Origin: Octopus sinensis
Taxonomy: Eukaryota
Direction: 5' to 3'
NCBI RefSeq assembly: GCF_006345805.1
Contig: NC_042997.1
Location: forward strand, 173,848,001-173,912,000
DNA: 64,000 bases
The notes under the pieces were generated by a model that ran no database searches, was not told the DNA's origin, and saw only the letters and a list, made by a program, of their open reading frames with translations. The position numbers were made by a program, and so were the translations under genes. Shown here one piece after another: positions 39,476 through 53,762 of the stretch. Each line of letters begins with the position of its first letter. Positions within the stretch are counted from its first letter, which is position 1.

Positions 39476-41324
39476 ATAATGTATAAATGCTTATGAGTAT
39501 ATATATGTATATCCATTTGTGTCAATATCTGTATGTGTGTATATGCATTTATATAAATATGTGCGCGTGTGTGTGTGTGTGTGTGTGTTTATGCGTGTGT
39601 GTATACATATACACATGAACAAATTTGTATTTGTATATTCTTATATGTGTACATACAGTGTGTATGTATATTTGTATATGTACTTGTATATATGAATGTA
39701 TCTGTATGTGTGTGCGTATGTATGTGTGTGTGTGATATGTGTGTGCGTGCGTGTGTGCGTGTGGTCGTGATTTCCGTACGTTTCAGCTGAATGGAAGTGT
39801 CAGTGCGAGTGTAAAAGCCTTGATTGCAGAAAACTGGCTTCCTGGCTACAGCACAATTGGTTTGACGGGTGCATGAGTAGGACCAGTTCCGTTTTGATAC
39901 GAGAAACACAGCTGAAGTCGTCAGAGAGGCTCCAAGTTCATTCTCCGTGCCATCCACGCTTCATTGCAAGTGTTGATTGGATCTGTTCGAGATTTGAACA
40001 TGGAGAGTAGAAAGAGCGTGTGAATGGCGTGAGGAAATATTGTGAGAAATAGGATTGGAGGAGAGAGCGAGAGAAAGAAAGAGAGAGAGGGGGGAGAGTG
40101 GGGTAGCAGGAGATAGAGGGAGAGAGAGAGAGAGAGAGACAGAGGAAGACAGATACAAAGACAGAGACAAAGAAAGGGACAGAGAGACAGGTAGGAAGAG
40201 AGAGAAAGAGAAAGTATAAGGGAGATGTAGAGACAGAGAGATAGGCAGAGATAGAAGTATGTGTACTTGCATGTGTATATGTCTTTCTCTGTGTATGTGT
40301 GTGTATGTGAGTGTGCTTGCGTGTGTGTGTATGTATGTGTGTGTATTTAGAGGGTAGAAGGGTGAGAAGAAGTAAAAAGAGAAAGAAACGAGAAGAGAGA
40401 TAAGGGGACAGAGATAATGTCTGAGTTTGTGTGTGTTGTTTAAGAACATACATGTGTGTGTGTGTGTGTGTTTATAAATGAATATGTATGGTGTGTCTAT
40501 GGGTGTGTTGTGTGAGGAATACAGAGGAGTAAAAGAAAGAGACATAGAGAGGAAGAGACAGAAGGAGAAAGAGAAAGATAGAAATGAGGCAGAGAGATGA
40601 AACAAGGAAATGCAAAGGCAGAGAGAAATATGAAAGAAAAATTGGATGTGAGAGAATGTGAATGTAGATGTGTATATATTTGTGGTTGTGTTTGTGTGGA
40701 CAACAGACATGCATCGAGAAAATCAAAAGCATTTTATTACAGAAAGTGTGGGAGAGAGAGAGAGAGATGATGCTTGTGTGTATATATGCTTGTGTGTGTG
40801 TTTGGGTGCAAGTGTGTGAAGTAGAGAGGTAGAGAGAGATACAAGAAAGCGAAAGATCCAGAGCATGAAAGATATGTGGTTGCAAGTAATAACAAAAAGA
40901 GAGTGATGGAATAGACGCGCGCACGCGAGAGATAGAGGGAGAGAGAGACAGTAGGAGAAAAGGAGAGCAGAGGAGACAGATGAAAAGAAATAGAGAATTA
41001 TGAATGAGTGTGTAAACAGGAAAAATAGTAAAATACAAAGTATGGAAGAGAGCAATGGACTCATGGGGGAAAATGTTGTATGGAAATAGGAAATAAAAAA
41101 ACAAATAATAGATAAGTACTGATATTACTATTGGTTGTTAAGGCGGCGAGTCGGCAGGATCGTTAGCACGCCAGGTGAAATGCTTAGCGGCATTTCGTTT
41201 CTCTTTCCGCTGTGAGTTGAAATTCCGCTGGGTTTGACTTTACCTTTCATTCTTTCGTGGTCGATGGAACAAATACCAGTTAAACACTGGTGGGGTAAGA
41301 CACAGACAAAGGCATTAACAATTA

Positions 41325-41725
41325 TTTCTTTACTGCCCACAAGGGGCTACACACAGAGAGGACAAACGGATTAAGTCGATTATATCGACCCCAGTGCGTA
41401 ACTGGTACTTATTTAATCGACCCCGAAAGGATGAAAAGCAAAGTCTACCGCGGCGGAATTAGAACTCAGAACGTAGCGGCAGACGAAATACCTATTTCTT
41501 TATTACCCACAAGGGGTTAAACATAGAGGGGACAAACAAGTACAGACATAGGTATTAAGTCGATTACATCGACCCCAGTGCGTAACTGGTACTTAAGTTA
41601 TCGACCCCGAAATGATGAATGGCAAAGTCAACCTGGGCGGAATTTGAACTCAGAACGTAGCGGCAGACGAAATACCGCTAAGCATTTCGCCCGGCATGCT
41701 AATGTTTCTGCCAGCTCACCGCGCC
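41325..41725 (-). mobile_element. SINE family A with reiterated 3' modules
   Basis: Family A motifs, reverse strand. Confidence 0.85.
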
Positions 41726-43300
41726 TTAATAACAATAATGAGCCAACAATGAATGAAACTTCTAAAGAGTTGCTGGATTTGCTAATCTAAATCTACCTGA
41801 AATCAGCTTATCTTCTCAAAACAAGAAAACACTGGGCAAGCGATTCTTTGATTTTTAATCTCTTTGAACACATCGGGCTGGGCGGTGCCGAAGCATCGTT
41901 CCGAAATGGCAATTCAGCTGGAGTGCTACCACTCACTTCTAAAGACGGTGACCGAACGATATATGCCAACTTATCCTTGAAAATGGGATACTTTTTTATC
42001 AAACAACTCGGGCCCGGCTACGGTGCCATTTTAGAGGCGTTCAATTGTTACAACTTAGAGGCAGCATGGCATCTATCGATCGAACGCGCAAACCATTGTT
42101 CTGAAAGAGATTGGATAATGGAATTAATAGTATATCATTTTTGAAAATAAAATACATGGTGATCTTAGCTGGTAGTAATTTTAACCCTAGTTTTCTTAAT
42201 TTGGAGCTGGTCAAGACTTAAACAATAAAAACAGCAGCCAAATGACTCTCAGGTCTTCGTGGTAAACTTTATTTGTTGTCGAGTTTAATACAATCGCCTG
42301 GCTCTTAAGTACTTTTGGCAGATTTCGTTTCATTGCAAACACTAAGGCCAGTTTGAGAATAACTTCTTTCTATCTACTACCCAGTTTCGGAAGCTCTGAA
42401 GAAGTAAATGGTCAATGGTGCTGCGTTTCCTCCTATACTTAAACGATAAACAATGTCACACTATACCCTAACATATTAAAGAAGGCAGCCTCGGCGGAAT
42501 TTGAACTCAGATCGTAAAGACAGACGAAATATGGCTAAGCATTTTCACCCAGAATGTTAACGATTCTGCCAGTTCACTGCCTTTAGGTGCTTTAATATTA
42601 CAAGATATTTTAATAGGAATATTTTCTATTCTAGGTACAAGGCCCGAAATTTTGGGCAACTGGTACTTAATTTATCGACCCCGAAAGGATGAAAGGCAAA
42701 GTCGACCTCGGCGGAATGTGACCTCAGAACGTAAAGACAGACGAAATATTGCTAATCATTTCGCCCGGCGTGCTAAATTTTAATGAGAATAATGTTAAAT
42801 TAAGTACTGTAACCCTATAAACCAAGGGAAGCTGATGTACAATTACATCAACAGAAAGCTGGAGCTTGTAAAAAGCAAGTTCCTACAGAAAATTTTTGTA
42901 CAATGGGCTGGTGCATCCTTAAGGGGCACAGTAACTTCACCACATGGAATATAAGCCAGCTTTTTTTCAAATAATATTTGGAAATAGAGAAACCGAGAAA
43001 AAAATCACCAGCTTCTCATGTGCATTGTTTAATGAAACACAAGCATTTAATAATGGACCAGAGCTCTGTGTACTGTGCTTCCCACAAGGAGCTTCACGTC
43101 ATCCGCCATCCTCCCTCAAGTTTAAATGTAAATAACAAAAACTAATTTCGACTCACCGAAACATGCGCAAATTCTACTATGACAATTTCAAAGACACTCC
43201 TTTATGCATGACAGACGAAGATCAACGATCTGCATAGCCTGACATCGCATAGAGTTATCGAATTACTTTCAAACCCGTTTATATATACGGTCGACTAATT

Positions 43301-43555
<255 letters not shown>

Positions 43556-44067
43556 AAAGAGACCGAAGGGGAGGAAAGGAAAGATATGGATGAAGAAGAC
43601 GAGTGAGGAGACAATAAAATACTACACTTGTAAGCACCGAAAGAGGACTCACTTAATATGCGGTGCAGAATATATATTTTACAAAAACTGAATACTTTTT
43701 CAGGCGACTTGAGTTTCACGAGAATTCGATCTTACAGGCAATTATGTTTTAGTATTTAATACTGTGTTCCTATATTGAAATGAGTGTGTATGTGTATGGT
43801 TGACCTTTGAATTCGTTAGTTTCTAAATATTGCTTTTAGGTTAGTGTTAATTTGATTATTGTTGTACTGCTATTATCTAGTCGCTCCGTTGGTGGTTTTT
43901 GTAGTTATATCCCGCTTCTCGAGAATGACTTTCGTATTCATTACTTAATTCGTGTCCTTTTTATTGATGTCTTGTTGTTCTTCATTGGCCAAATTTTTGG
44001 TTGCTTTGCTTTGTGTAAATAGGAAAAATTCCTAAGTCTCGTTGTATCTTTGTGTGGGTAGAGTTTT

Positions 44068-44293
44068 AGCTGGCAGAAACGTTAGCACGTCGGGCGAAAC
44101 CCTAAGCGGTATTTCGTCTGTCTTTACGTTCTGAGTTCAAATTCCGCCGAGGTCGACTTTGCCTTTCATCCTTTCGGGGTCGATAAATTAAGTACCAGTT
44201 ACGCACTAGGGTCGATGTAATCGACTTAATCCGTTTGTCTGTCCTTGTTTGTCCCTTCTGTGTTTAGCCCCTTGTGGGTTGTAAAGAAATAGG
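44068..44293 (+). mobile_element. SINE family A, near complete
   Basis: agctggcagaaacgttagcac...gttctgagttcaaattcc...ccccttgtgggttgtaaagaaatagg. Confidence 0.85.
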
Positions 44294-45827
44294 TTTATTT
44301 CTTCTGTTGTCGTGATCTTTTTGCTGTTTAATAAATACTCATTTCCTTGGTCAATTCGTTGGTCACTTTGTTTATGCTGCTCGATTGCTTGTCAGTTGTG
44401 GCCGGTATTATCATGCCTTCATTCTTTACCATTGCTGACAAACAGTATATTTGTCCTGTTTGGAATTAGGACAACATTTAAAATATGATTTTATTTTGGT
44501 GCTGAAATGAGATATCAAAACTTTCATCTAAACGGCAACCATATGCGCTGAATAAATTATATTATATTTTTGTGCGGTTATCGAGGGAAGGACAATATGC
44601 CGGTTTTACAAACACATACATACATATATGTATATATGTGTGTATGCATGTGCGCGTGTGTGTGGATAAGTATGTGTTTTTGTGCGTGAACGTGAACGTG
44701 CATGTGTGTGTAAGAGGGCGGTTTTCTGTCTATGCGAGGAATATTACGTAACAAACTTTATACCAGATGTATGAATTAATTAATTCTGTCTAAGGAATTA
44801 AATATAATCTTGTTGGTTATAACCCCGTATAAATCAAATAAATTTAACACCAGAATGATCGCTATTTCAACCTAATTAGGTCTCAACATTTTCCGTGCGG
44901 TTAGAATCACGTATGCACTAACACTCAGACTGTTTATATTTATCAGTCAATATCCAGAATGAATCATCTGATGCTATAGAATTGGCAATTAATATTTGAG
45001 AGTGTTTCACAACACTACTGCATATAAGATTTATATAACTCTTTACAAGAATGATTTTCTAGTCTTAATTTAAATTGATTTAGAATAAAACTTTTCAAAC
45101 GATACTTACTTATATGGAAGTAATACGTCCATCCATAGATAAAATATATTATAATAATAAATATATATAAACTCTATAAAGTCTTTGTACAACTTTAAAT
45201 TATTAATCTAAAAAATTTATATTTTCTATAACATTTAATAGTTTGAAGCATATATTTTATCGTCTTGAGCTACAAAATTTATGACAATTGCTTATAATTT
45301 TCTAAAAAAATAAAAGTTATGCTTTCTTCAACTTTATTTTATATGAAAATGTAAAAACTAACGTTTATTTAACTAAACTCTAGATGACCTGTGGGTTTCC
45401 ATAACTAATGTGATTCAGGGAATAACTGAAAAACAGCTGCAAAGCATATTTCAACGACTTCAGATTCGCAAACAGTTTGTACGTGTACTTAAGGTGGACA
45501 TGTTAATAAAGCAACAATATATACATTTTAAAATACCTTTCTTTTCATAGATTTATATCAATTCTTCTGCGTAAAAATGAAGAAACGGTGTCGAGTGAAA
45601 ATTCTGTAAATAAAAATAATTATAAGCTTTAAACTTATAAGCGTTCACCGTGTACTAGCTTTAGAAAATAGTCTAATATCTGGGCATTAGTACGCGTGGG
45701 AATCGAACCAGGTTACATGCCCCAATATTAGATTATTTCCAACTATCAATATACGACGAACGCTTATAATTATTTACAGAATTAATTCTTTCATATTTAG
45801 AAATAATGTTACGCAAATATAAAATAT

Positions 45828-46125
45828 GTGGAGGCGCAATGGCCCAGTGGTTAGGGCAGCAGACTCGCGGTCGGAGGATCGCGGTTTCGATTCCCAGACC
45901 GGGCGTTGTGAGTGTTTATTGAACGAAAACACCTAAAAGCTCCACGAGGCTCCGGCAGAGGGTGGGGTGACCCCTGTTGTACTCTTTCGCCACAACCTAC
46001 TCTCTCTTCCTGTTTCTTGAGTAACGCTGCGATGGACTGGCGTCCCGTCCAGCTGGGGGGGGGGATACATACGCCATAGAAACCGGGAAATTGGGCCCAT
46101 GAGCCTGGCTAGGCTGGAAAAGGGC
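45828..46125 (+). mobile_element. tRNA-derived SINE family C
   Basis: A box tggcccagtgg, B box gtttcgattcc. Confidence 0.85.
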
Positions 46126-46399
46126 GAAGGAAGGAAATATAAAATATACATAGGCTTTTTTTTCTGTGCTAAATGCGAAAATACTTATTACATACTCGCT
46201 AAGAATTTCGGAGATCGTTCAGTTTCCTTGGTACAACAATCTTCAGAGTAGCTGTTGAAAAATGATGCGTATACATCTAATTATGAAATTTGCGGTAGAC
46301 TACTCTGTTTAAATGCCGGACAGCAGCGTGATACCTTGGGGGATATTTAGCAAGTAGTAAGCATACAGATAAACGTATATACATATTTCATGTTTCGTT

Positions 46400-46745
46400 T
46401 TTGGATTTGTTTTGCAAGATTCTTTATATGAGTTCGTGTGTTGAAGTATATTTTGTTGTGTCTGGGGAGAGTCATTTTTTTTTTGGTGCCTTATAATGTA
46501 ACACACTTACCGGTAAAATTTCCACTTATTTCTTACTTTTATTTTCCTAAAATTTTCGTTGCGTCTTGCAACCTTTTCAATAGTCTTGACTCTGTCCGTT
46601 ATTTACACTGCGTTCCCTTTTATTTGTTTGTGCACATGTGTGTGGGTCTGTGTGTGTGTGTGCCTATACATGCATGTATAGGCACACACACACACGCTGA
46701 CCTTTAAAAAGAAAATGACTCTCCCCAGACACAACAGAATATTTC
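46400..46745. mobile_element. Fold-back repeat element, homologous to 11040-11420
   Basis: ttgtgtctggggagagtcatttt and its reverse complement aaaatgactctccccagacacaa occur on either side of a TG/CA tract. Confidence 0.7.
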
Positions 46746-47997
46746 ATGTATTAATTAATTTATTAATTTATTTAGATATGGACGGATATACTGTTAGCGG
46801 AAACCCAAATTCTTCTACCTAACTGCGACAAACGTAGAAAACTGGTGTACAGTATCACACGACGTCGTCCTTTATCAGAGATTGAGGTTCAAGGCAAAAC
46901 AAGACTATGTATACATATATACATACATATACACACAGGCATACGTATAGATATATACATAAATATATTTATATATGTGTGTATACACAACACGCATACA
47001 CCACACACGCATGTTCATACACATGAACACAGAGGTATGTATGTGTGGGCTGTGTGTTTACTTCCTGGTGTGTATTTGTGTGTGTACGTGTGTATGTTTG
47101 TGTGTCTGTTTGTCCCGCCCCACCATCGCTTCACAACCGTTGTTGGTGCGTTTACGTTCCCGTAACTTAGCGGTTCGACAAAACAGACCGATAGAATAAG
47201 TATTAGGCTTACAAAAATAGGTCCTGGGGTAGATTTGTTCCACTAAAAGCAGTGCTCCAGTAAGCTGCAGTCAAATGACTAAAACAAATGGAAAAGAAAA
47301 AACAGAACGTGTGTGTGTGTGTGTATGTGTGTGCGTTTGTTTGTGTGTGTGTATGCATGTATATATGCGTGTGTGAATGTATGCAGAAGTTCGCAACAAT
47401 TGTTGGCCGTGATGTAACCTCATCTATGCTAGTCGCATCATACAACGATGATGAAATAGAAGTTGGGAAAAAAAATTTGAATAATATAACGATAGACTGC
47501 AAAAATATATGGAAGAATACATTACACATGAATGAGTGTGTCAATACAAACCTAGTTTATGGCTCATTTCACACAGCAGATCCGCGTTATTTGTATGCAA
47601 GACTTGTGTCGACTGTATTTTGATTATCGTTCTCCTTGTCCAGAGATGTAATACCAACCCTCAAAGCTACACAAAACAGATTAGCAACGAAATGTTGCTT
47701 ACAGCATAGTTTTTTTATTATTATATATTTATATAAAAAAATATTAATATAATAAACGGCTCCTTTTATTTGCCATAAGGGCGACGAATGGGGAGGGGGT
47801 GGGTTAACACACTAAAAAACCGGAGGCTGCAAAACATTGAAATTCTGTTGTTTTTTATTTATTTTACATCAAATGCTAGAAAAGAACGGAATAATAAAAA
47901 AAAGACATATAAGAAATGAAAGGAAAATATTTGAAAAATATATAAAAAGATATTGCGATAACAAAATAAGAATACTAACTTATTATTATTATTATTA

Positions 47998-48034
<37 letters not shown>

Positions 48035-48169
48035 TATTATTATTATTATTATTATTATTGTTATTATTGTAATTATTATGCATTATTTGATGTTTTTTGA
48101 TAACTTAATAATGGCGGAATTCTTTGAAATATATCGGAGCAGTTTCATGTATGTATATGTATGTATGAA

Positions 48170-48205
<36 letters not shown>

Positions 48206-48380
48206 TGTATGTATGTATGTATGTACGTACGTATGTATGTATGTATGTATGTATGTAGGTATGTATGTATGTATGCATATATGAATTTATGTAAATATAT
48301 ATATATAATATATGTGTGTGTGTGCTCATATATATGTACATCTATCTATCTATGTGCGGTTGTGTTTATGCATTCATCGT

Positions 48381-48411
<31 letters not shown>

Positions 48412-48416
<5 letters not shown>

Positions 48417-49015
48417 GCACATATATACATGCATAAACGTGTGAACAATCGCACACACATACACACACGTATGTACGTATTCTTACATTTATTTTGAGTC
48501 GTGCTCCTGTACTATTTGATAGGATCTAAGTTCACTATAGATGTCGCAACTATCCGGAATTCGCCAACACAATGTACACATATTTTATGTAAACTACCAA
48601 TTCATGCAGTGTTCAATGTTTGAACTCAAAGTTCTATGTTTGCTTAGGTGTCCGCTCGACCTTGTGAGTTAAATCAGTTGATGTAAACATTCTCGTTCTG
48701 TATACATAGGGCAAGGATGCATTTACACATTCGCACACACATATGTACAGGATACGTAGATGGCTATCTTAAGTAGATATTGCCTCAGGCGTTGCTGTGC
48801 AGCAAGAAATTTTCTTCCCAGCCACATAGCTCCGGGTTCAGTGCCACTGCGTGACACCGTGAGCAAGTGTCTTCAGCTGTAACTTTGGTTGATCAAAATT
48901 TTGTGAATGGATTTGATTAACGGAAACTGAAATAAGCCGTCGCGCGCGCGCGTGTGTGTGTGTGTATATCTATATATAAATGTATACACACACAAGCACA
49001 CACACACATACAAAG

Positions 49016-49054
<39 letters not shown>

Positions 49055-49674
49055 CACGCACATATATACATGCATAAACGTGTGAACAATCGCACACACA
49101 TACACACACGTATGTACGTATTCTTACATTTATTTTGAGTCGTGCTCCTGTACTATTTGATAGGATCTAAGTTCACTATAGATGTCGCAACTATCCGGAA
49201 TTCGCCAACACAATGTACACATATTTTATGTAAACTACCAATTCATGCAGTGTTCAATGTTTGAACTCAAAGTTCTATGTTTGCTTAGGTGTCCGCTCGA
49301 CCTTGTGAGTTAAATCAGTTGATGTAAACATTCTCGTTCTGTATACATAGGGCAAGGATGCATTTACACATTCGCACACACATATGTACAGGATACGTAG
49401 ATGGCTATCTTAAGTAGATATTGCCTCAGGCGTTGCTGTGCAGCAAGAAATTTTCTTCCCAGCCACATAGCTCCGGGTTCAGTGCCACTGCGTGACACCG
49501 TGAGCAAGTGTCTTCAGCTGTAACTTTGGTTGATCAAAATTTTGTGAATGGATTTGATTAACGGAAACTGAAATAAGCCGTCGCGCGCGCGCGTGTGTGT
49601 GTGTGTATATCTATATATAAATGTATACACACACAAGCACACACACACATACAAAGACACACACACATACAAAG

Positions 49675-49707
<33 letters not shown>

Positions 49708-49710
49708 CAT
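48412..49710. repeat. Near-identical tandem duplication, unit 641 bp, breakpoints in microsatellites
   Basis: tacacgcacatatatacatgc at 48412 and 49053. Confidence 0.9.
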
Positions 49711-49771
49711 ATAGATCGTTGGCGATTTTTTCCTCCGTCTTCCTTTTCCTTTGAATTTTCCTCTGTCTCCT

Positions 49772-49806
49772 GTTTCTGAAGAAGAGCTTTGTTCGAAACG
49801 TAAAAC
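49772..49806 (+). ncRNA. Minimal Penelope-type hammerhead motif (cleavage after 49802)
   Basis: GTTT-CTGAAGA-A-GAGC-ttt-GTTC-GAAAC-GTA-AAAC; helix III is reduced to the palindrome ACGT. Confidence 0.55.
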
Positions 49807-49954
49807 TACCTTTTTTTCCTTCTCTGAGCATCAGTTAATATTTTGTATGTACTACGTCCTCGCTTTGTTGATTTTTCTTGTGTTTTTCTTCGGTTTGGGG
49901 GTGGAGTTAACTATATATATATATATGTATATATATCTGTATGTGTAAAGTTTT

Positions 49955-50010
49955 AGAAAAGAACCATTGGTTTCATGTCTAGCGTGAACTAGATATGTCT
50001 TCAGTTTCTC
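49955..50010 (-). ncRNA. Decayed type I hammerhead motif
   Basis: Minus strand gagaaa-CTGAAGA-c-atatctag-ttcacg-ctagacat-GAAAC-caatg-gttc-ttttct; helix II 7/8 paired; apparent extra T at the cleavage site. Confidence 0.5.
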
Positions 50011-50264
50011 TAAACGATAACTGTTCTCTGCAAAGAATGTATTTTTTTTCAAAAATACAAGAACACTGGAGATAGTTGAAGAAATACTCCGCTGAAAAAA
50101 TTATGGCCGGGCGAGTTGTCCTCCTTCGCTTGATAATTAGATTTTCCAATTTTGAAGTTAAAATTTCCGAAAATGTGGACAACTCTTCACGTCTTCCGCT
50201 CTGGAGTTCAGGTAGCACCCTTGGCTCATGTAAATTCATAAGGATTATATATTTTCTACCATAA

Positions 50265-50425
50265 GCACAGGAGTGGTTGTGTGGTAAGTAGCTTGTCTAC
50301 CAACCACATGGTTCCGGGTTCAGTCCCACTGCGTGGCACCTTGGGCAAGTGTCTTCTACTATAGCCTCGGGCCGACCAAAGCCTTGTGAGTGGATTTGGT
50401 AGACGGAAACTGAAAGAAGCCCGTC

Positions 50426-50462
<37 letters not shown>

Positions 50463-50677
50463 TGCGTGTGTGTCTGTGCTTGTCCCCCTAGCATTGCTTG
50501 TCAACCGATGCTGGTGTGTTTATGTCCCCGTCACTTTGCGGTTCGGCAAAAGAGACCGATAGAATAATCACTGGGTTTACAAAAGAATAAGTCCCGGGGT
50601 CGAGTTGCTCGATTAAAGGCGGTACTCCAGCATGGCCGCAGTCAAATTACCGAAACAAGTAAAAGAGTAAAAGAGAA
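50265..50677 (+). mobile_element. SINE family B, near complete
   Basis: Full head, CORE-like motif, internal (TA)n and tail. Confidence 0.9.
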
Positions 50678-52590
50678 TACCCAATTAACAGAGTCTTGTT
50701 CCATTGTGATTGGGTCCACAAGTTTCTAGTAATTTCCACCCGATGCGTATAACATGCGTGTAAGAGCTCTTACGTAGTTATTTGGCCACCACATGATATC
50801 CTACAGTAGCGTATATTCTAGAGCTGGATACACGTGCGGAACTCCTCTATGCATAAGATTAATGCAAAAAATTTAATACGAGGCTGGAGGATCACAGGCT
50901 TAACATAACATAGATCATAATATTCATTTCAGCCTCGCGCACTAACTTTATGTTGCTGAATTTATATTCATATACCATTATAGAAGAATATTCTTTATAA
51001 TTATTATACAGTTGAATGCTCCACAGCAACAGCCGTGTGTGGGCGCTTTATCAGGGCGGAGTACATACATACATACACACATACATACATGTATGCATAC
51101 ATACATACAAGCATGCCTGCATACATACATACATACATACATACATACATACATACATACATACATACATACATACATACATACATACATACATTCATGC
51201 ATACATACATATTTATATATTTATATATAGGAGGAAAAATTGTTGGATTTTTCTAATATGAGGTTTTTCGCGCTAACTACTTGGTAATTTTTTATAAAGA
51301 TTTTATCCTATTTTTGAATTACATACATACATACACACATACACACAAATATGGTTTTTCAATGGAGACCAGTTCACCGAAGTGTTTTTAATATACTGAC
51401 ACATCTTCATGATATACAAATGTATATTTACTATTGTATTGCACTTATTGTTTTTGTTGTTGTCTTTTTCTAAAGAACATGTACAAGATCGTACTTAAGA
51501 AAAAATGATTTCGTCTGATCTTAACCTTGACACGTTGCCAAAAATGCTGAGTAGCATATGGAGCCGATTGTATTTTCGACAGGCATACTTAATTTATGGT
51601 CATTTTATAGAAGCTTCTTCTATTTATTTTTGTAGGATGGGTGAAAGGTAAAGGCAGTTTGTGATGGGAATTTTGAACATGTACTTATTTCGCCAATAGC
51701 CAAAATGTATCGATAATTATACATACATACATGCATGCTTACATGCATACATACATACATGCATACATACATACATACATACATACATACATACATACAT
51801 ACATACATACATACATACATACATACATGTGTATAAATGTGTGTATTTATCTTCCACTGAAAGATGTGTTAGAACACAGTTTATTGTGTTATTTACCATG
51901 ATAGGACCTTTCGTATGGGCTTGTGGTACATGTAAGCACTCGTGTTTATATCGTTGATAGGTGATAATCGTCTGCTGCTACCGCCGGAACTACCAGATCT
52001 CGTGACTTCACAATTTCTTGTGCTTCCCAATGGCAGACGTTCGACTAGGCACAGCAGTCAAATTTCTCCGTCAGCGATATATAAAGAACCTTACAGTTTG
52101 TTCAGGCACAGGTGTCGCAAATAGCCAGTTGGCCTAGTAAAAAAATAATTTATAGTGATAGAAAGATAATACGCACACACATGTTTATAGTTTTATATTC
52201 TTCTTTTAAGATGTTAGAGAACTACAATTTAAGTTAGAATACTTAGTATGCAAAATAGAGTGGAAATGTTTAAGATGATGGCTTGTTTATTCAAGCTTTA
52301 TTCCTTCTTAGAATTCATCTCAGACCATTAAAATGGACTAAATATTTGATCACGAAATACCAGCACTAAATTTAAAATCTTCCAGAACTGATTTTATAAA
52401 AGATTAATTTGATTTAATTTATTCAAGTTTATTTTTTTTCTTTTATTTCAGTATGACTAAATCACCTTTTGAAAGGGATTGAAACCGGTAACTGCCTATC
52501 TAGCTGAAAAGGCAAATATTTACTTACATTTTTTCCATGATAAATTTCACAACGCATTGTTATTATATATATTTTTTCAATGTCTGTGTA

Positions 52591-52660
52591 TACGATAGGG
52601 TGCTGAAAAGTTCCTGACGTTGGGTAAAAGAAAATACCGGAGGATTAGTTAAATATAATT
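52591..52660 (+). mobile_element. Mariner-like TIR fragment
   Basis: TA|CGATAGGGTGCTGAAAAGTTCCTG terminus. Confidence 0.45.
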
Positions 52661-52829
52661 TTTACATTATTTACATTTTACGGATATTTGTCCTCATCTT
52701 GTTTGTTGTTAGAGATGTTTTCTGGATTCCTCCCCTTCAGCTGTTTAAATATTTCGCCTATCCAGGCACATTGTGTAGGATAGTCTTTGTGCTTTGGAAA
52801 TTATATTGTAGTGTGGTGTGGCACTATCA

Positions 52830-53762
52830 CATCATGTGTGTATTTTTCCTTTGGGTTGAACTCGACCAAAATTCGTCTTTTCTGGGACGGTTGGGCGGTT
52901 TTGTTTTTAATGTTTGAGTTGCTGTATTTTCCGTTTTTGTGGGGGATGTGGACGGGGATTGTGTCAACGCTCTTTTGGTCGGGCCTCGAACAAGAGTGTA
53001 CTCCCCCTCGACCGCCTCCATGGTGTCACCTGGGGGAGTTGCACTTTTATTGTCAGGTGCCGTAGACGTTGAAGGGTGGGTATTTTTGTTGTCGGGACTG
53101 GTATGTGCGTGGGTTTGGGTTTTTGGAATACTTGTTTCGGGACTTGTGTGGGCATCACAGTTGGGGGAGTGGGTGTCTTTGCTACTGTAGGGGCTGATGT
53201 ATGTGTGTATGGGTGGGGAAAGCAGTTTTGGGGTTTGTGAGGGGGTCAGGTGTCTGTGTAGTCACAGAAGTTTGAGCCTTTACATTCTCTTCCTTTTTTC
53301 CCGCATGTGGGCTTTTCGGCCACATTTAAAACATCTCGGTTTTTTGCCCTCCACATGAATTTTGAGGGCCACGTCCTCGCCCACGATCACTCTGTCGGGA
53401 ATCCTTTGTATGTCTTCTGGTGTTGCTTGAGTGATGGCTGCAATGCTCTGCCCCCCCCCCCACAAGAAAAATTGGCTCGGGCATGTTGCTTGTACGATAT
53501 TAATTTTATCTTCCCTGTTAAACAACAGGTCGGCCATCTCCCACGCAGCATCAACTTCCAGCAGTACCTCTGTCACCTGGACACGGGACATGGGTCGCCC
53601 CATATTGGTTGGCAGAAGCACCACTTCTTTTGTCTTCAACGGGCTGACAGAATGCTCACGGGTCATCTCTGTTGTTCTGAATATGGCTTCTATTGTGCCA
53701 AATTTCATTCCTCTTGTTATATAGCTAAGTGCCATGCATTTTTCAATTTTATTCTGTTCCAT
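52830..53762 (-). pseudogene. Decayed non-LTR retrotransposon ORF1 (gag-like) with zinc knuckle
   Basis: ORF 53280-53762 ends ...IHVEGKKPRCFKCGRKAHMRE (CX2CX4H, last Cys lost); P/T-rich frameshifted continuation to ~52830. Confidence 0.6.

Noticed and set aside
43208-43245. cagacga-agatc-aac-gatct hairpin resembling an HHR core
   Set aside because: U4 is substituted and GAAA is absent.
46200-46232. Minus-strand CTGAAGA...GGAAAC motif
   Set aside because: Helix I does not pair and helix III is mismatched; likely chance.
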